From positions 1-64,000 of the forward strand of contig JBDKUN010000059.1 of NCBI GenBank assembly GCA_039679675.1: a stretch of 64,000 nt of DNA, given 5' to 3'. Shown here piece by piece: positions 39,123 through 48,547 of the stretch. The translations under genes and the position numbers were made by a program. The DNA is from Armatimonadota bacterium. Its GTDB lineage: Bacteria > Armatimonadota > UBA5829 > DTLH01. The notes beneath the pieces were generated by a model. It saw only the letters and a program-made list of their open reading frames with translations, was not told the origin of the DNA and did no database searches. Numbering within the stretch: the first letter of the stretch is position 1; the number at the start of each line of letters is the position of its first letter.

Positions 39123-39201
39123 CCGATCTCCTCGAATATTTGATATTTTTACAGGCCAGTTTAACAGCTAAAATTGAGGCTGTAAAGGCATTCGTGGAAT
39201 A

Positions 39202-40146
39202 TTACCCCAGCAGCATAAGAATAACCGGTATTGTAACTATAGAGGCGAGCGTCATGAGGAAGATTACGCCGGAAACGAAGGCGCCGTTCGTGTTGTACCG
39301 TCCTGCAATCACACCAGTCATGACTGCTGCAGGCATAGAGGACTCCAGCACTGTTACATCCCTTACCACGCCGTTAATTCCCAGCAATTTGAGGCCCAGA
39401 AGCGCGATTATAGGGACTGCAGCCATCTTCAAGACCATTGCTACCGTAAATGGGACGGTGGCTGTTTTAAGGGATGACTTCGAAAGTGACAGGCCTAGAG
39501 AAAGCATCGCAAGCGGCACTGTGGCCTGCCCAAGGATGGTCAGCGACGTAACAAGCGGCTGAGGGAGATGTACCGGCTTGAGCAGAATCGCGATAATCGT
39601 AGCAGGTAAAAGAGGTGCTTTCATAAATTCGAGTATTTGAGCACGGTTTGTCTTCGCAGCTGCAAAAGATGCGGCTACAACCACTCCGATGGAATAAAGC
39701 GGAAGTGCCATTCCGAACTGGTCGCACATAACCGCAGTCGCTATTGCCTGGCCGCTTTTCGGAAACGCAGCCATTGTGACAGGATAACCAAGAAAACCTG
39801 TATTTCCAAATGCCGAGACCAGCATAATCGCGCCGGTAGTTTTACGGTCCAGGTGCAGTAATATGCCGGCAATGTACGCGAGTCCCATCACCAGCAACGA
39901 CGATGTGAAAACGACCATCGGCGCGCCAACCATCTGGAGCGTCAGCGGCTTTCCATATAACGCAGAGAACGCAAAAGCGGGCCCTGTCAGGTTTATCACT
40001 ATTGAATTAACAACCGCTGCATCACTGCTTTTAAGGACTCCCAGTTTCCTGGCTCCATAACCGGCAAATAAAAGCAGAAACACAGCGGATACAGTCGAAA
40101 GTACACTCACAACAAAAAGAATAACAAATGCTGGCGGTAGAAGCAA
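39202..40146 (-). CDS. AEC (auxin efflux carrier) family transporter
   Basis: FGNTGFLGYP, ATVPLAMLSLG and SMPAAV motifs, about 10 TMs. Confidence 0.9.
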   Translation of the reverse strand: MLLPPAFVILFVVSVLSTVSAVFLLLFAGYGARKLGVLKSSDAAVVNSIVINLTGPAFAFSALYGKPLTLQMVGAPMVVFTSSLLVMGLAYIAGILLHLDRKTTGAIMLVSAFGNTGFLGYPVTMAAFPKSGQAIATAVMCDQFGMALPLYSIGVVVAASFAAAKTNRAQILEFMKAPLLPATIIAILLKPVHLPQPLVTSLTILGQATVPLAMLSLGLSLSKSSLKTATVPFTVAMVLKMAAVPIIALLGLKLLGINGVVRDVTVLESSMPAAVMTGVIAGRYNTNGAFVSGVIFLMTLASIVTIPVILMLLG

Positions 40147-40223
40147 GGGTTAATGATCAGCTTAAGTAGAGAAGTCCGGCCATTCTATTCTACATTCCCT
40201 GCTATTCCGGCTTATTTATCAAT

Positions 40224-40258
40224 AAAAGGCCGGAGGGCACAAATATCCCCCCGGCCTT
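40224..40258 (-). terminator. Terminator after hspR
   Basis: AAGGCCGG...CCGGCCTT stem with a T-tail on the minus strand. Confidence 0.75.
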
Positions 40259-40282
40259 AGCAATAATCCGCATCTTTTGGGC

Positions 40283-40636
40283 TTATCTAAGCCGCTCTCG
40301 GAACTCACGGATTCGGCTTTCTATTTCACTTTCCATTTCGTGCCGCATCTGTTCCATTTCATGGTCCATTTCATCGTGCATCCGCTGTATTTTGTCCAGC
40401 AGATCAAGGATTATCTCTACGCCTGCAAGGTTGACACCCATATCCTGCGTGAGTCTCTGAATCTGCTGCAGCCGGTCTATATCCGCCTGGGAATACATTC
40501 TGTTCTTACTTCCCACGCGTTTAGGACGGATTAGCCCTAGACGTTCGTACAATCTCAGCGTCTGCGGATGAACCTCGCAGATTTTCGCGGCTATTCCTAT
40601 CATATAGACTGGTTCATCTTTATTTACCGGCGGCAT
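40283..40636 (-). CDS. hspR: Heat-shock repressor HspR (MerR family)
   Basis: EPVYMIGIAA...VHPQTLRLYERLGL...RMYSQAD...GVNLAG. Downstream of dnaJ. Confidence 0.9.
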   Translation of the reverse strand: MPPVNKDEPVYMIGIAAKICEVHPQTLRLYERLGLIRPKRVGSKNRMYSQADIDRLQQIQRLTQDMGVNLAGVEIILDLLDKIQRMHDEMDHEMEQMRHEMESEIESRIREFRERLR

Positions 40637-40759
40637 AATATCACCTTCAGATTTCCGATTGATCACTAGCCAGATTCAGCCGGAAATCATCCCTGGCTTT
40701 CAGGTAATTTCTGAAAGCCTATACGCTGCGAGTTTGAAGCTACAAGAGTTTCAAACTCC

Positions 40760-41686
40760 TTACTTACCTGTCTGCAGACTTGCAATCTCCTTCAGGAGTT
40801 CGCGTTCTCGCTCTGACATGGTTTTCGGCACCATAATTTTGACTCTTGCATACAGGTTGCCTTTACCTGTTCCCTGTATGTGCGGCATACCCTGACCCGC
40901 CAGACGGAACGTCTGTCCTGAAGATGTCCCTGCAGGGACTTTCATATTAACTCTTCCCGATAATGTCTGAACCTGAACCTCGCCGCCCAAAGCAGCGGTG
41001 GTATAGTTCACAGGCACATCGGTATAAAGATCGTTGTCTTTTCTCTCATACTTAGGATGAGGCCGCATCTTGACTATCAGATACAGGTCGCCGCGCTGGG
41101 TTCCCCTGCTCGGTTCACCCTGACCGGCAAGCCTGATCCGTGATCCGTCCTTTACCCCTTTAGGGATTTTTACCTCAATCCTGCGTCCGTTTATAGTAAG
41201 AACTTTTGTCGCACCCGAAAAAGCCTCTTCGAGTGTCACTTCTATCTCATATTCAAGGTCACGGCCCCTGGTTGGCGTCCATGTCCTCTGACGTCTGCCT
41301 TGTGTCGCAGCCCCGCCCCGCCCTTCTCCAAAGAGCAGGTCAAAGAGGTTGCCAAAGCCACCTTCCTGTCCGCCAGTATCGAAGTCGAACCCGCCAAAAC
41401 CACCCTCCCAACCAGGTGGGGGTTGTCCAGCTCCCGGTTGACCGGCCTGTCCTGCCTGCTGCCAATACTGGCCGAACTGGTCATATTTTGAGCGCTTTTC
41501 TTTGTCCGAAAGCACCTCGTAAGCCTCGCTGATCTCTTTAAACTTCTCCTCAGCGGACTTATCTCCAGGGTTTACATCCGGGTGATACTTCCGGGCGAGA
41601 CGACGGTACGCCTGTTTGATTTCTTTTTCAGAGGCGCTTCGTTCAACACCCAATATTTTATAGTAGTCTTTATAACCAGTTGCCAT
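40760..41686 (-). CDS. dnaJ: DnaJ class B (CbpA-like, no zinc finger)
   Basis: J domain with HPD, G/F region and C-terminal domain. No CxxCxGxG repeats. Confidence 0.92.
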   Translation of the reverse strand: MATGYKDYYKILGVERSASEKEIKQAYRRLARKYHPDVNPGDKSAEEKFKEISEAYEVLSDKEKRSKYDQFGQYWQQAGQAGQPGAGQPPPGWEGGFGGFDFDTGGQEGGFGNLFDLLFGEGRGGAATQGRRQRTWTPTRGRDLEYEIEVTLEEAFSGATKVLTINGRRIEVKIPKGVKDGSRIRLAGQGEPSRGTQRGDLYLIVKMRPHPKYERKDNDLYTDVPVNYTTAALGGEVQVQTLSGRVNMKVPAGTSSGQTFRLAGQGMPHIQGTGKGNLYARVKIMVPKTMSERERELLKEIASLQTGK

Positions 41687-41689
41687 CTT

Positions 41690-41720
41690 AGCAATCAGCT
41701 TTCAGTTATCAGCAGTTTTC
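41690..41720. repeat. Degenerate heptamer tandem repeat (AGCAATC AGCTTTC AGTTATC AGC)
   Basis: AGYnnTC units immediately upstream of the dnaJ ATG. Confidence 0.45.
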
Positions 41721-41804
41721 GCATGCTGCGGGAATGACAGGTACACAGTCATTTTGACAACCACCCAATCAATTCCCGCAGCATTATCTATAGTGTTCGC
41801 AAGT

Positions 41805-43652
41805 TTACTCAGTCTTGAACTCTGCGTCGATTACTTCTTCGCCTTCACCGCCGCTTGTCTTCTGCTCCTGACTTGGGGCTTCTCCTCCCGGTGTCTGAGT
41901 ACCTGCATACTGCTGCGATGCCTGCTGATAAAGCCTTTCAGAAAGCTTGTAAGACTCCTGCTGCAGTTTTTCCGTAGCAGACTTTATCTTATCGGTATCA
42001 TCCGACTTGAGCGCTTCACGAAGCTCATTCATCGCTGTTTCGATAGACGATTTTTCGTCTGCCGGGACTTTGTCTCCGAGCTCTTTCAGGTTCTTATCGG
42101 TGAGATATATCAACTGCTCCGCTTGGTTGCGGGTTTCCGCAATGTCCTTTGCGCGCTGGTCTTCAGCAGCATGCGCTTCTGCGTCCCGTACCATCTGATC
42201 GATGTCACTCTTGTTTAGCCTCGTTGAGCCGGTGATCGTGATCGACTGGCTTCGGTTGGTTGCCAGGTCCTTAGCGGAGACATTCACCATACCGTTCGCA
42301 TCGATATCAAATGTTACTTCGATCTGCGGAATACCTCTAGGCGCCGGCGGAATCCCCGTAAGATGGAACCTGCCGAGACTCTTGTTGGCCTGGGCCATCT
42401 CGCGCTCGCCCTGAAGAACATGAATTTCGACTTCACTCTGTCCGTCAGCTGCGGTAGTGAATGTCTGGCTCTTTCTTGTCGGAATAGTCGTATTCCGGTC
42501 GATGAGCTTTGTCATAACTCCGCCCAGGGTCTCAACACCGAGTGAAAGCGGGGTTACGTCGAGAAGAACTACGTCCTTCACTTCGCCGCCCAGAACTCCA
42601 GCCTGGATTGCGGCCCCGACTGCAACTACTTCATCAGGGTTGACGCTCTTATTCGGTTCCTTGCCGTTCGAAAGCTTCCTGATAAGGTCTTGGATCATCG
42701 GCATTCTTGTAGAACCACCGACGAGGATGATCTCATCCAGGTCTTCCGTTTTGAGTTTTGCATCTTCGATTGCTCTGTTGAACGATGTAACACACCGTTC
42801 AGCAAGGTCGCGAGTAATATCTTCGAATTTCGCCCTGGTGAGATTGACATCCAGGTGTTTAGGGCCTTCTGCATCCGCTGTAATGAACGGCAGATTGATA
42901 TTAGTGCTGACAACAGATGAAAGCTCGATTTTGGCCTTCTCTGCTGCATCGCGAAGGCGCTGCAGAGCCTGGCGGTCCTTGCGAAGATCTATACCATGTG
43001 CACGCTTGAACTCGTCAGCGGCGTATTCGACGATCCTCTGGTCCCAGTCGTCACCACCCAGATGTGTGTCACCAGCAGTAGACTTTACTTCGAACACACC
43101 TTCGCCGACTTCAAGGACGGAGACATCAAAAGTTCCACCACCAAGGTCCCATACAAGGATAGTCTCGGAACTCTTTTTATCCAGTCCGTAAGCGAGAGAC
43201 GCTGCAGTCGGCTCGTTGATAATCCTCAGGACATTCAGCCCTGCGATCTCTCCGGCAGTCTTTGTGGCGGTTCTCTGCGCGTCGTTGAAATAAGCCGGAA
43301 CGGTAATGACCGCGCTTGTAACCGGCTCACCGAGATATGCCTCGGCATCGGTTTTCAGCTTTTGCAGTATCATCGCAGAGATTTCCTCAGGTGTATACTG
43401 CTTATCATCTATCTTCGTCTTGTGATCAGTCCCCATTTCGCGTTTGATCGATGCAATCGTGCGCTCAGGGTTCATAATAGCCTGGTTCTTGGCTGTTACT
43501 CCAACCAGACGCTCACCGGTCTTTGTAAAAGCGACGACTGAAGGAGTAAGCCTGCCGCCTTCTGCATTCGGTATAACAGTCGGCTCGCCGCCTTCCATAA
43601 CAGCAACCACCGAGTTGGTGGTCCCCAGATCGATTCCTACGGTTTTGGCCAC
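41805..43652 (-). CDS. dnaK: Chaperone DnaK
   Basis: [25 protein letters not shown] and [17 protein letters not shown] before GTG. Confidence 0.99.
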   Translation of the reverse strand: MAKTVGIDLGTTNSVVAVMEGGEPTVIPNAEGGRLTPSVVAFTKTGERLVGVTAKNQAIMNPERTIASIKREMGTDHKTKIDDKQYTPEEISAMILQKLKTDAEAYLGEPVTSAVITVPAYFNDAQRTATKTAGEIAGLNVLRIINEPTAASLAYGLDKKSSETILVWDLGGGTFDVSVLEVGEGVFEVKSTAGDTHLGGDDWDQRIVEYAADEFKRAHGIDLRKDRQALQRLRDAAEKAKIELSSVVSTNINLPFITADAEGPKHLDVNLTRAKFEDITRDLAERCVTSFNRAIEDAKLKTEDLDEIILVGGSTRMPMIQDLIRKLSNGKEPNKSVNPDEVVAVGAAIQAGVLGGEVKDVVLLDVTPLSLGVETLGGVMTKLIDRNTTIPTRKSQTFTTAADGQSEVEIHVLQGEREMAQANKSLGRFHLTGIPPAPRGIPQIEVTFDIDANGMVNVSAKDLATNRSQSITITGSTRLNKSDIDQMVRDAEAHAAEDQRAKDIAETRNQAEQLIYLTDKNLKELGDKVPADEKSSIETAMNELREALKSDDTDKIKSATEKLQQESYKLSERLYQQASQQYAGTQTPGGEAPSQEQKTSGGEGEEVIDAEFKTE

Positions 43653-43733
43653 TTAAATCCACCTCCTGGACCTATCGTTACCCATAAAGCTTATGAGAGT
43701 AAATCTATTGCATTATACCCTCAGTCAATGATA

Positions 43734-43763
43734 TATATACCACTTGAGTGTATTATTGTCAAG
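43734..43763 (-). promoter_or_regulatory. dnaK promoter (TTGACA-N17-TATATA) overlapped by a HAIR-like operator CTTGAGT-N7-TGTCAAG (43743-43763)
   Basis: 12/14 match to CTTGAGT-N7-ACTCAAG, and hspR is in the same cluster. Confidence 0.8.
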
Positions 43764-43795
43764 TAATATTTTAACATTTTTTATAAGCGCAAAGC

Positions 43796-43825
43796 TTGAC
43801 ACGTCTCAGATTGAATAGGTATAAT
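43796..43825 (+). promoter_or_regulatory. Sigma70 promoter TTGACA-N18-TATAAT
   Basis: Perfect hexamers 15 nt upstream of an AGGAGGTG Shine-Dalgarno. Confidence 0.8.
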
Positions 43826-43855
43826 GCCAACAGACACCATAGGAGGTGAACAACC

Positions 43856-43963
43856 CTGAGGATCAGATCTAAAGAACTTAATAAAACAAGAAAGCGCACT
43901 GAAGAGCGGCACAAAGAGCGGATTCTGGTCGCAAAAGAGCAATCTAAAAAGCGCCAGAAGTAG
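43856..43963 (+). CDS. 35-aa highly basic small protein with CTG start (MRIRSKELNKTRKRTEERHKERILVAKEQSKKRQK)
   Basis: Consensus promoter, AGGAGGTG 7 nt before CTG, in-frame TGA just upstream, terminator downstream. Not in the ORF track. Confidence 0.7.
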   Translation: MRIRSKELNKTRKRTEERHKERILVAKEQSKKRQK

Positions 43964-43991
43964 CTCAAACGCGTAAACGCGGATATATTTT

Positions 43992-44020
43992 AGGCCCATC
44001 GTTTATAACGGTGGGCCTTT
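43992..44020 (+). terminator. Terminator after the small basic ORF
   Basis: AGGCCCATCGTT-TAT-AACGGTGGGCCT followed by TT. Confidence 0.8.
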
Positions 44021-44141
44021 GCTTGTACAAAGCCTCCGATATTTCACCAAACCATATACCGCAAATCCTCAAATCCGGCTCACTGATATAACTTTAGGGT
44101 AAGAACACAATAAACTATCAAGCATCAGGGAGAAACACAAT

Positions 44142-44822
44142 ATGCGGAAGTTTTACCATGAGAATAGCCTTTCAATTATCACTTTCGCAATATTTTTCTT
44201 GCTTTGGGCTGCAATGGGAATAGCTGGATTCTTTAGCTATAACAATGAGCAGTTGGAACAAGGGCAGTCGACAGCTTCCTTTATATCTTACTTCACTACA
44301 GGACACTTCTGGGAAGCAACTTTCGAAAACTGGGAAAGCGAATTCCTCCAGATGGGCTTCTTCGTGATTCTGACTGCATTTCTCTACCAGAAAGGATCAG
44401 CGGAATCAAAAACAAAAGAAGAACATGAAGAAGAACAGCAAGAAGAGGAAAACGAGGAGAAAGGAGAAGGAGAAAGTAAAGACGCCCCACCCTGGCCAGT
44501 CAGGCGCGGCGGGTTCATACGGAAACTCTATGAGAACTCACTCAGTATCACACTGCTCTTGATATTCGTTTTATGCTTTATATTCCACGCATTTTCAGGG
44601 GTGAGGAATTATAACGCAGAGCAAGCATATTTCGGCCAACCGCCTATTACGATATGGAAATTCTTCATAACATCGGATTTCTGGTTCCAGTCATTTCAAA
44701 ACTGGCAAAGCGAATTTCTCGCTGTAGGTGCAATGGTCGTCTTGACTATATTTTTACGACAAAAGGGCTCTGCTGAATCAAAAAGTGTTGGTGCACCATC
44801 GGGTAAAACCGGAGAAAGCTAA
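44142..44822 (+). CDS. DUF6766-like membrane protein with internal duplication
   Basis: ENSLSI...FW..[TS]F[EQ]NW[EQ]SEFL...QKGSAESK occurs twice. Confidence 0.82.
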   Translation: MRKFYHENSLSIITFAIFFLLWAAMGIAGFFSYNNEQLEQGQSTASFISYFTTGHFWEATFENWESEFLQMGFFVILTAFLYQKGSAESKTKEEHEEEQQEEENEEKGEGESKDAPPWPVRRGGFIRKLYENSLSITLLLIFVLCFIFHAFSGVRNYNAEQAYFGQPPITIWKFFITSDFWFQSFQNWQSEFLAVGAMVVLTIFLRQKGSAESKSVGAPSGKTGES

Positions 44823-44848
44823 ACTGAAAAGATGTGAGGCATAGACCC

Positions 44849-45481
44849 TCAATCCTTCAGCCCTTTCTTTATCTCTATTACTCTTCTTCGCGCGGCGGCG
44901 ATGTCTGAGATTAGTGATGTGCGTGTTTTCTCGTATGTTTCGCCGTCCTGCCTTAAGATATAAGCCGGGTGAAGCGCAGCAATGGCGTAGCGGGCATATT
45001 TACTCTCGAAAAACCTGCCGCGCTCCTGCGTCATCTTGAAGTCTTTGTGGATGATCGTATTAGCTGACGGAGCACCCAGACAAAGGACCACAAGCGGTTT
45101 GATTATCTCCAATTGTCGTTCCAACCAAGGAAGACATGCGGCAACTTCACCGATTCGGGGAGGTCGATTTTTCACGCGGCCATTCTCTGTGATGCATGCA
45201 CGGCACTTGATAACATTTGCTATGAATATATGCTTTCTGGTGAGTCCGCATTCCCGAAGTGCCTGATCCAGCAGCGTACCTGCCCTGCCGACAAATGGAC
45301 GTCCAGTCGCATCTTCGTTCTCTCCAGGGCCTTCACCGACTATCACGAGCGGAGTATCAGGGTTTCCTTCGCCGAATACCACATTTGACCTAGTCTCACA
45401 CAGCTCGCAGTTTCGACAGGCCAGTACTTCCTGCTGCAGTTTCTCTATTTCAGCCGATATCGAAGAGTTTCTTTCTTTCAT
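44849..45481 (-). CDS. Uracil-DNA glycosylase family 4
   Basis: CxxC, GEGPG, PFVGRAG, NVIKCR, NRPP and HPAYILR. Confidence 0.95.
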   Translation of the reverse strand: MKERNSSISAEIEKLQQEVLACRNCELCETRSNVVFGEGNPDTPLVIVGEGPGENEDATGRPFVGRAGTLLDQALRECGLTRKHIFIANVIKCRACITENGRVKNRPPRIGEVAACLPWLERQLEIIKPLVVLCLGAPSANTIIHKDFKMTQERGRFFESKYARYAIAALHPAYILRQDGETYEKTRTSLISDIAAARRRVIEIKKGLKD

Positions 45482-45487
45482 TGGCTT

Positions 45488-45991
45488 TTAGCTCCCGATC
45501 AGTTTGGAAATTGCCTCGGATATTTGGTCAAATGTGTTCGATAAAGCCTGCGGCATAACCTTCGTATCGGCTATTACCGGCATAAAATTGGTATCGCCGT
45601 TCCATCTAGGAACAATATGCACATGGATATGGTCTGCAATCCCAGCCCCTGCTGTTTTTCCCATATTGATACCGATGTTGTAGCCATCCGGCGAGAACGC
45701 TTTCGCGAGCGCCTGCTTGCCAAGGCTTACCAGATGCATGATGGAAAGCAGTTCATCATCGGTAAGATCTGATATATCGGCAACATGCCTGTAAGGAGCC
45801 ACCATCAGGTGTCCGTTATTGTAGGGATAGGCATTCAGCATAAGAAGGGCTTGGTCTCCGCGATGCAGAATATAGTTTTCCTTGTCTTTTTCCTGCTTCG
45901 GCTTATCGCAGAAAATACAGCCATCTTCTTTCTCAGCCGATATATACTGCACTCGCCAAGGTGCCCAGATCCGTTCCATATAAACCCTCAC
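45488..45991 (-). CDS. HIT family hydrolase (Ap4A phosphorylase-like)
   Basis: WAPWR, CIFC, NAYPYNNGH and HIHVHIVPRWNGD. Start may be ATG 45979. Confidence 0.93.
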   Translation of the reverse strand: MRVYMERIWAPWRVQYISAEKEDGCIFCDKPKQEKDKENYILHRGDQALLMLNAYPYNNGHLMVAPYRHVADISDLTDDELLSIMHLVSLGKQALAKAFSPDGYNIGINMGKTAGAGIADHIHVHIVPRWNGDTNFMPVIADTKVMPQALSNTFDQISEAISKLIGS

Positions 45992-46253
45992 ATCATCAAA
46001 TAATATTATACTTTAGCGCATTGCAACGGCACGGTCAATTGTCGAGCAGCCAATATTACTGTTATAATAGTTGTGCCTGCTTTATCAGTCGGAACAAAGT
46101 TGCCGAATGTGTAGTCTAGCGTATTAGAGCTGTCTTTTATCTCTTGCCGCCATTTTATGTACATATGATGACGGCATTCCGTATATGCATATTATTGTAT
46201 TAATCAATGTAATAACAATAAAATAAGGAATATAATTAGGAGTAGGTGTTTCG

Positions 46254-47192
46254 ATGAAGATATGTCCAGTATGCGGTGCTAAAAACAACCGTCATAGTTT
46301 GATATGCGGTAATTGTGGAGCATCGTTCGAGTCTGTCCCAGAACAGCAGGAACCAGTCGAAGAAACTTCTGAACCTGAGGCTGTTACTCCCTACAAACCA
46401 CCTGTAGGTGGCCCCGATATGGTAACAGCATACCACCCACCGGTAGGCGGTCCCGCTTCTGTCGATGACGGTACATTGCAAGCACGCAAACCGCTTGGAG
46501 GAGAACCCCAGGGGAGTAATGAGCCTCTTACAATGGTTGGACAGCCTTTAAATGCCAGCAAGGCCCAGGCCAGTGGCGGCCCGCAGACCGATCCTTATGG
46601 CACGGTTACTGCTCCGCGTAAGCTCAAGTACCGAGAAAGTGCTGATCTGGCTCCTGTAAAGTCTAACGCGCTGGCATCGACTATCAGTTCGATTATCATG
46701 CTCCTTATTTTTCTTGCCGTAGGATGGTATTGTTACCAGAGATTTGTGGCAAAGCCTCGTCCTGTGCTTGAAGCTACACGCAGTTTTATCGATGCAGGTG
46801 TCGCAGGCAACTGGCAAGCAATGCAGAGCACAGTGGACCAGAATTCAGCTATTCTTTTGGCTAAAGTCTACAAGAACATGACGATCCGCAAGACCCCTGC
46901 CGGAATTGATTTCTTTGGCACCCAGGGACAGGAATTTACTGAGGGCAAGCAATATGAGCTGAAAGTCGTGACCTTGACAGAAACATCTGCGAAGGTTTTG
47001 ATAAGCCCTGGCGATGCTTCTATCTCGACATTCAAGGCTGGTCAACTCCCACCAAACTTCAAAGACGGCTTCTTTGTCAACCTGACAAAAGTAAATGGCC
47101 AGTGGAAAATAAACCTTGTCCAGTTCGTAGTGGATCTGGCTTCTTGCGGCTATCCTTATGACGGCATGGCCAGATATTTCGTGTCTCGCTAA
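46254..47192 (+). CDS. Zinc-ribbon / Pro-rich linker / TM / NTF2-like membrane protein
   Basis: CPVCG...CGNCG, PPVGGP twice, single TM and C-terminal KVNGQWKI. Confidence 0.85.
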   Translation: MKICPVCGAKNNRHSLICGNCGASFESVPEQQEPVEETSEPEAVTPYKPPVGGPDMVTAYHPPVGGPASVDDGTLQARKPLGGEPQGSNEPLTMVGQPLNASKAQASGGPQTDPYGTVTAPRKLKYRESADLAPVKSNALASTISSIIMLLIFLAVGWYCYQRFVAKPRPVLEATRSFIDAGVAGNWQAMQSTVDQNSAILLAKVYKNMTIRKTPAGIDFFGTQGQEFTEGKQYELKVVTLTETSAKVLISPGDASISTFKAGQLPPNFKDGFFVNLTKVNGQWKINLVQFVVDLASCGYPYDGMARYFVSR

Positions 47193-47231
47193 CTCATCGC
47201 TAAATATCCATATTGAAGCGATTGTAATATC

Positions 47232-47263
47232 ATCGCCGGGATTATTTATTTAATCCCGGCGAT
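47232..47263. terminator. Hairpin terminator
   Basis: ATCGCCGGGATTA...TAATCCCGGCGAT. Confidence 0.65.
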
Positions 47264-47401
47264 TCCATTGTCTTCTGAATGCCTCTTGACTACCTGCCAC
47301 ATATCGGTCATAATTCTTCTTGCGTCAATGTATTCTATGACTGCATCGGGTAAATACCGTCCGGCGCAGCGTCGAATGTATGCTAAAGGAGAATATCAGC
47401 C

Positions 47402-48334
47402 ATGAAGAAGTGTCCGAAATGCGGGGCCGATAACAAACCTGATAGTTCAGCTTGTTATAACTGCTTTGCACCACTTGCAGATGTTCAACCTACCGTAACT
47501 TCTGGCCCCCTAAACGCTCAACCCCTGACCGGTCCTGAAACGACTCAGCCGATGCAGCCTGAACAGTCTGAACAACAGGCAGAACCTGCCCCACTAACAG
47601 GCAGCGACGATTATACACCTCGTTCATCGGGTCCTTTGACAGGTCCCTTGACCGGCCCACCGACCGGCCAGCCAGCACAGGAGGAAAACCAGCAAACAGT
47701 AGTTGGACAGCCGCTTGGAGGGCAACAGCAACCGCCGAGCCCATATGGGCCTCCTCCTCAGCAGCGATATCACCGGCATGAAGAGTCCGTAATGACTGAG
47801 CCGGTGAAAAGCTCCGGCCCCGGAGCGATAATCGCTGTTGTACTGATTCTTGCGATTATCGGAGGAGCATTTGCATATTGGAAATTCGTTGTTCAGGCAA
47901 ACGCACCGATCAATGTAGTCCGGAAGTTTATGGTAGCTGCTAAGAAATCCGACGTAAATGAGATGAATAAGTATATTTGCGCCAGTAACAAGAGCTTACC
48001 GGGCTTTGAGCAAAACTTTGCCAGCGGCTATTCTCGAGGTATGGATTTATCTGGGGGGAATAAGGAATCTATAGAAGGCAAGCAATATGTACTGGTTCAG
48101 GGCCCAATAGAAGGCACAACCGCAACCGTATATATTAAGCCCGGGCCTGACAGTAATTCCGGGCCTGTTCCCGCCGGTTTTGAAAAAGGATTACCGCTGG
48201 TATTGGTAAAAGAAGAAGGAAAATGGAAGCTGGATTTCATCCAGACAATCCAAAAGATGATTGGTCCCGGCTTAATGCGGCAATTACAGCAACAAGGCGG
48301 ACGAAATTCTTTTGGCGGTTCATTTCCAAAGTAG
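47402..48334 (+). CDS. Zinc-ribbon / Pro-rich linker / TM / NTF2-like membrane protein (paralog)
   Basis: CPKCG...CYNC, PLTG repeats, single TM and LVKEEGKWKL. Confidence 0.85.
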   Translation: MKKCPKCGADNKPDSSACYNCFAPLADVQPTVTSGPLNAQPLTGPETTQPMQPEQSEQQAEPAPLTGSDDYTPRSSGPLTGPLTGPPTGQPAQEENQQTVVGQPLGGQQQPPSPYGPPPQQRYHRHEESVMTEPVKSSGPGAIIAVVLILAIIGGAFAYWKFVVQANAPINVVRKFMVAAKKSDVNEMNKYICASNKSLPGFEQNFASGYSRGMDLSGGNKESIEGKQYVLVQGPIEGTTATVYIKPGPDSNSGPVPAGFEKGLPLVLVKEEGKWKLDFIQTIQKMIGPGLMRQLQQQGGRNSFGGSFPK

Positions 48335-48383
48335 TAATAACCTCCCGATTTGTTAGTACTACCGGCTTCATTAACGTAATATT

Positions 48384-48410
48384 AAAGCCCCCGCATCAGA
48401 CGGGGGCTTT
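48384..48410. terminator. Hairpin terminator
   Basis: AAAGCCCCCG...CGGGGGCTTT. Confidence 0.7.
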
Positions 48411-48547
48411 ACAGATATATTTCCCCGCTAACAACCATAATCTCAGAACAACAACAAACAGGCAGGCTTTTTTGACTCCACTATCCGGTGTGTCGTAGAA
48501 TACATAAGGCAAACGATACGAAAAGATGAACTGCAGGAGGTAATTCG

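Noticed and set aside
43856..43963. Calling the small basic ORF rpsU (S21) or rpmH (L34)
   Set aside because: Lacks the S21 ALRRFK/EKPS and L34 MKRTYQP signatures, so it is left unnamed.
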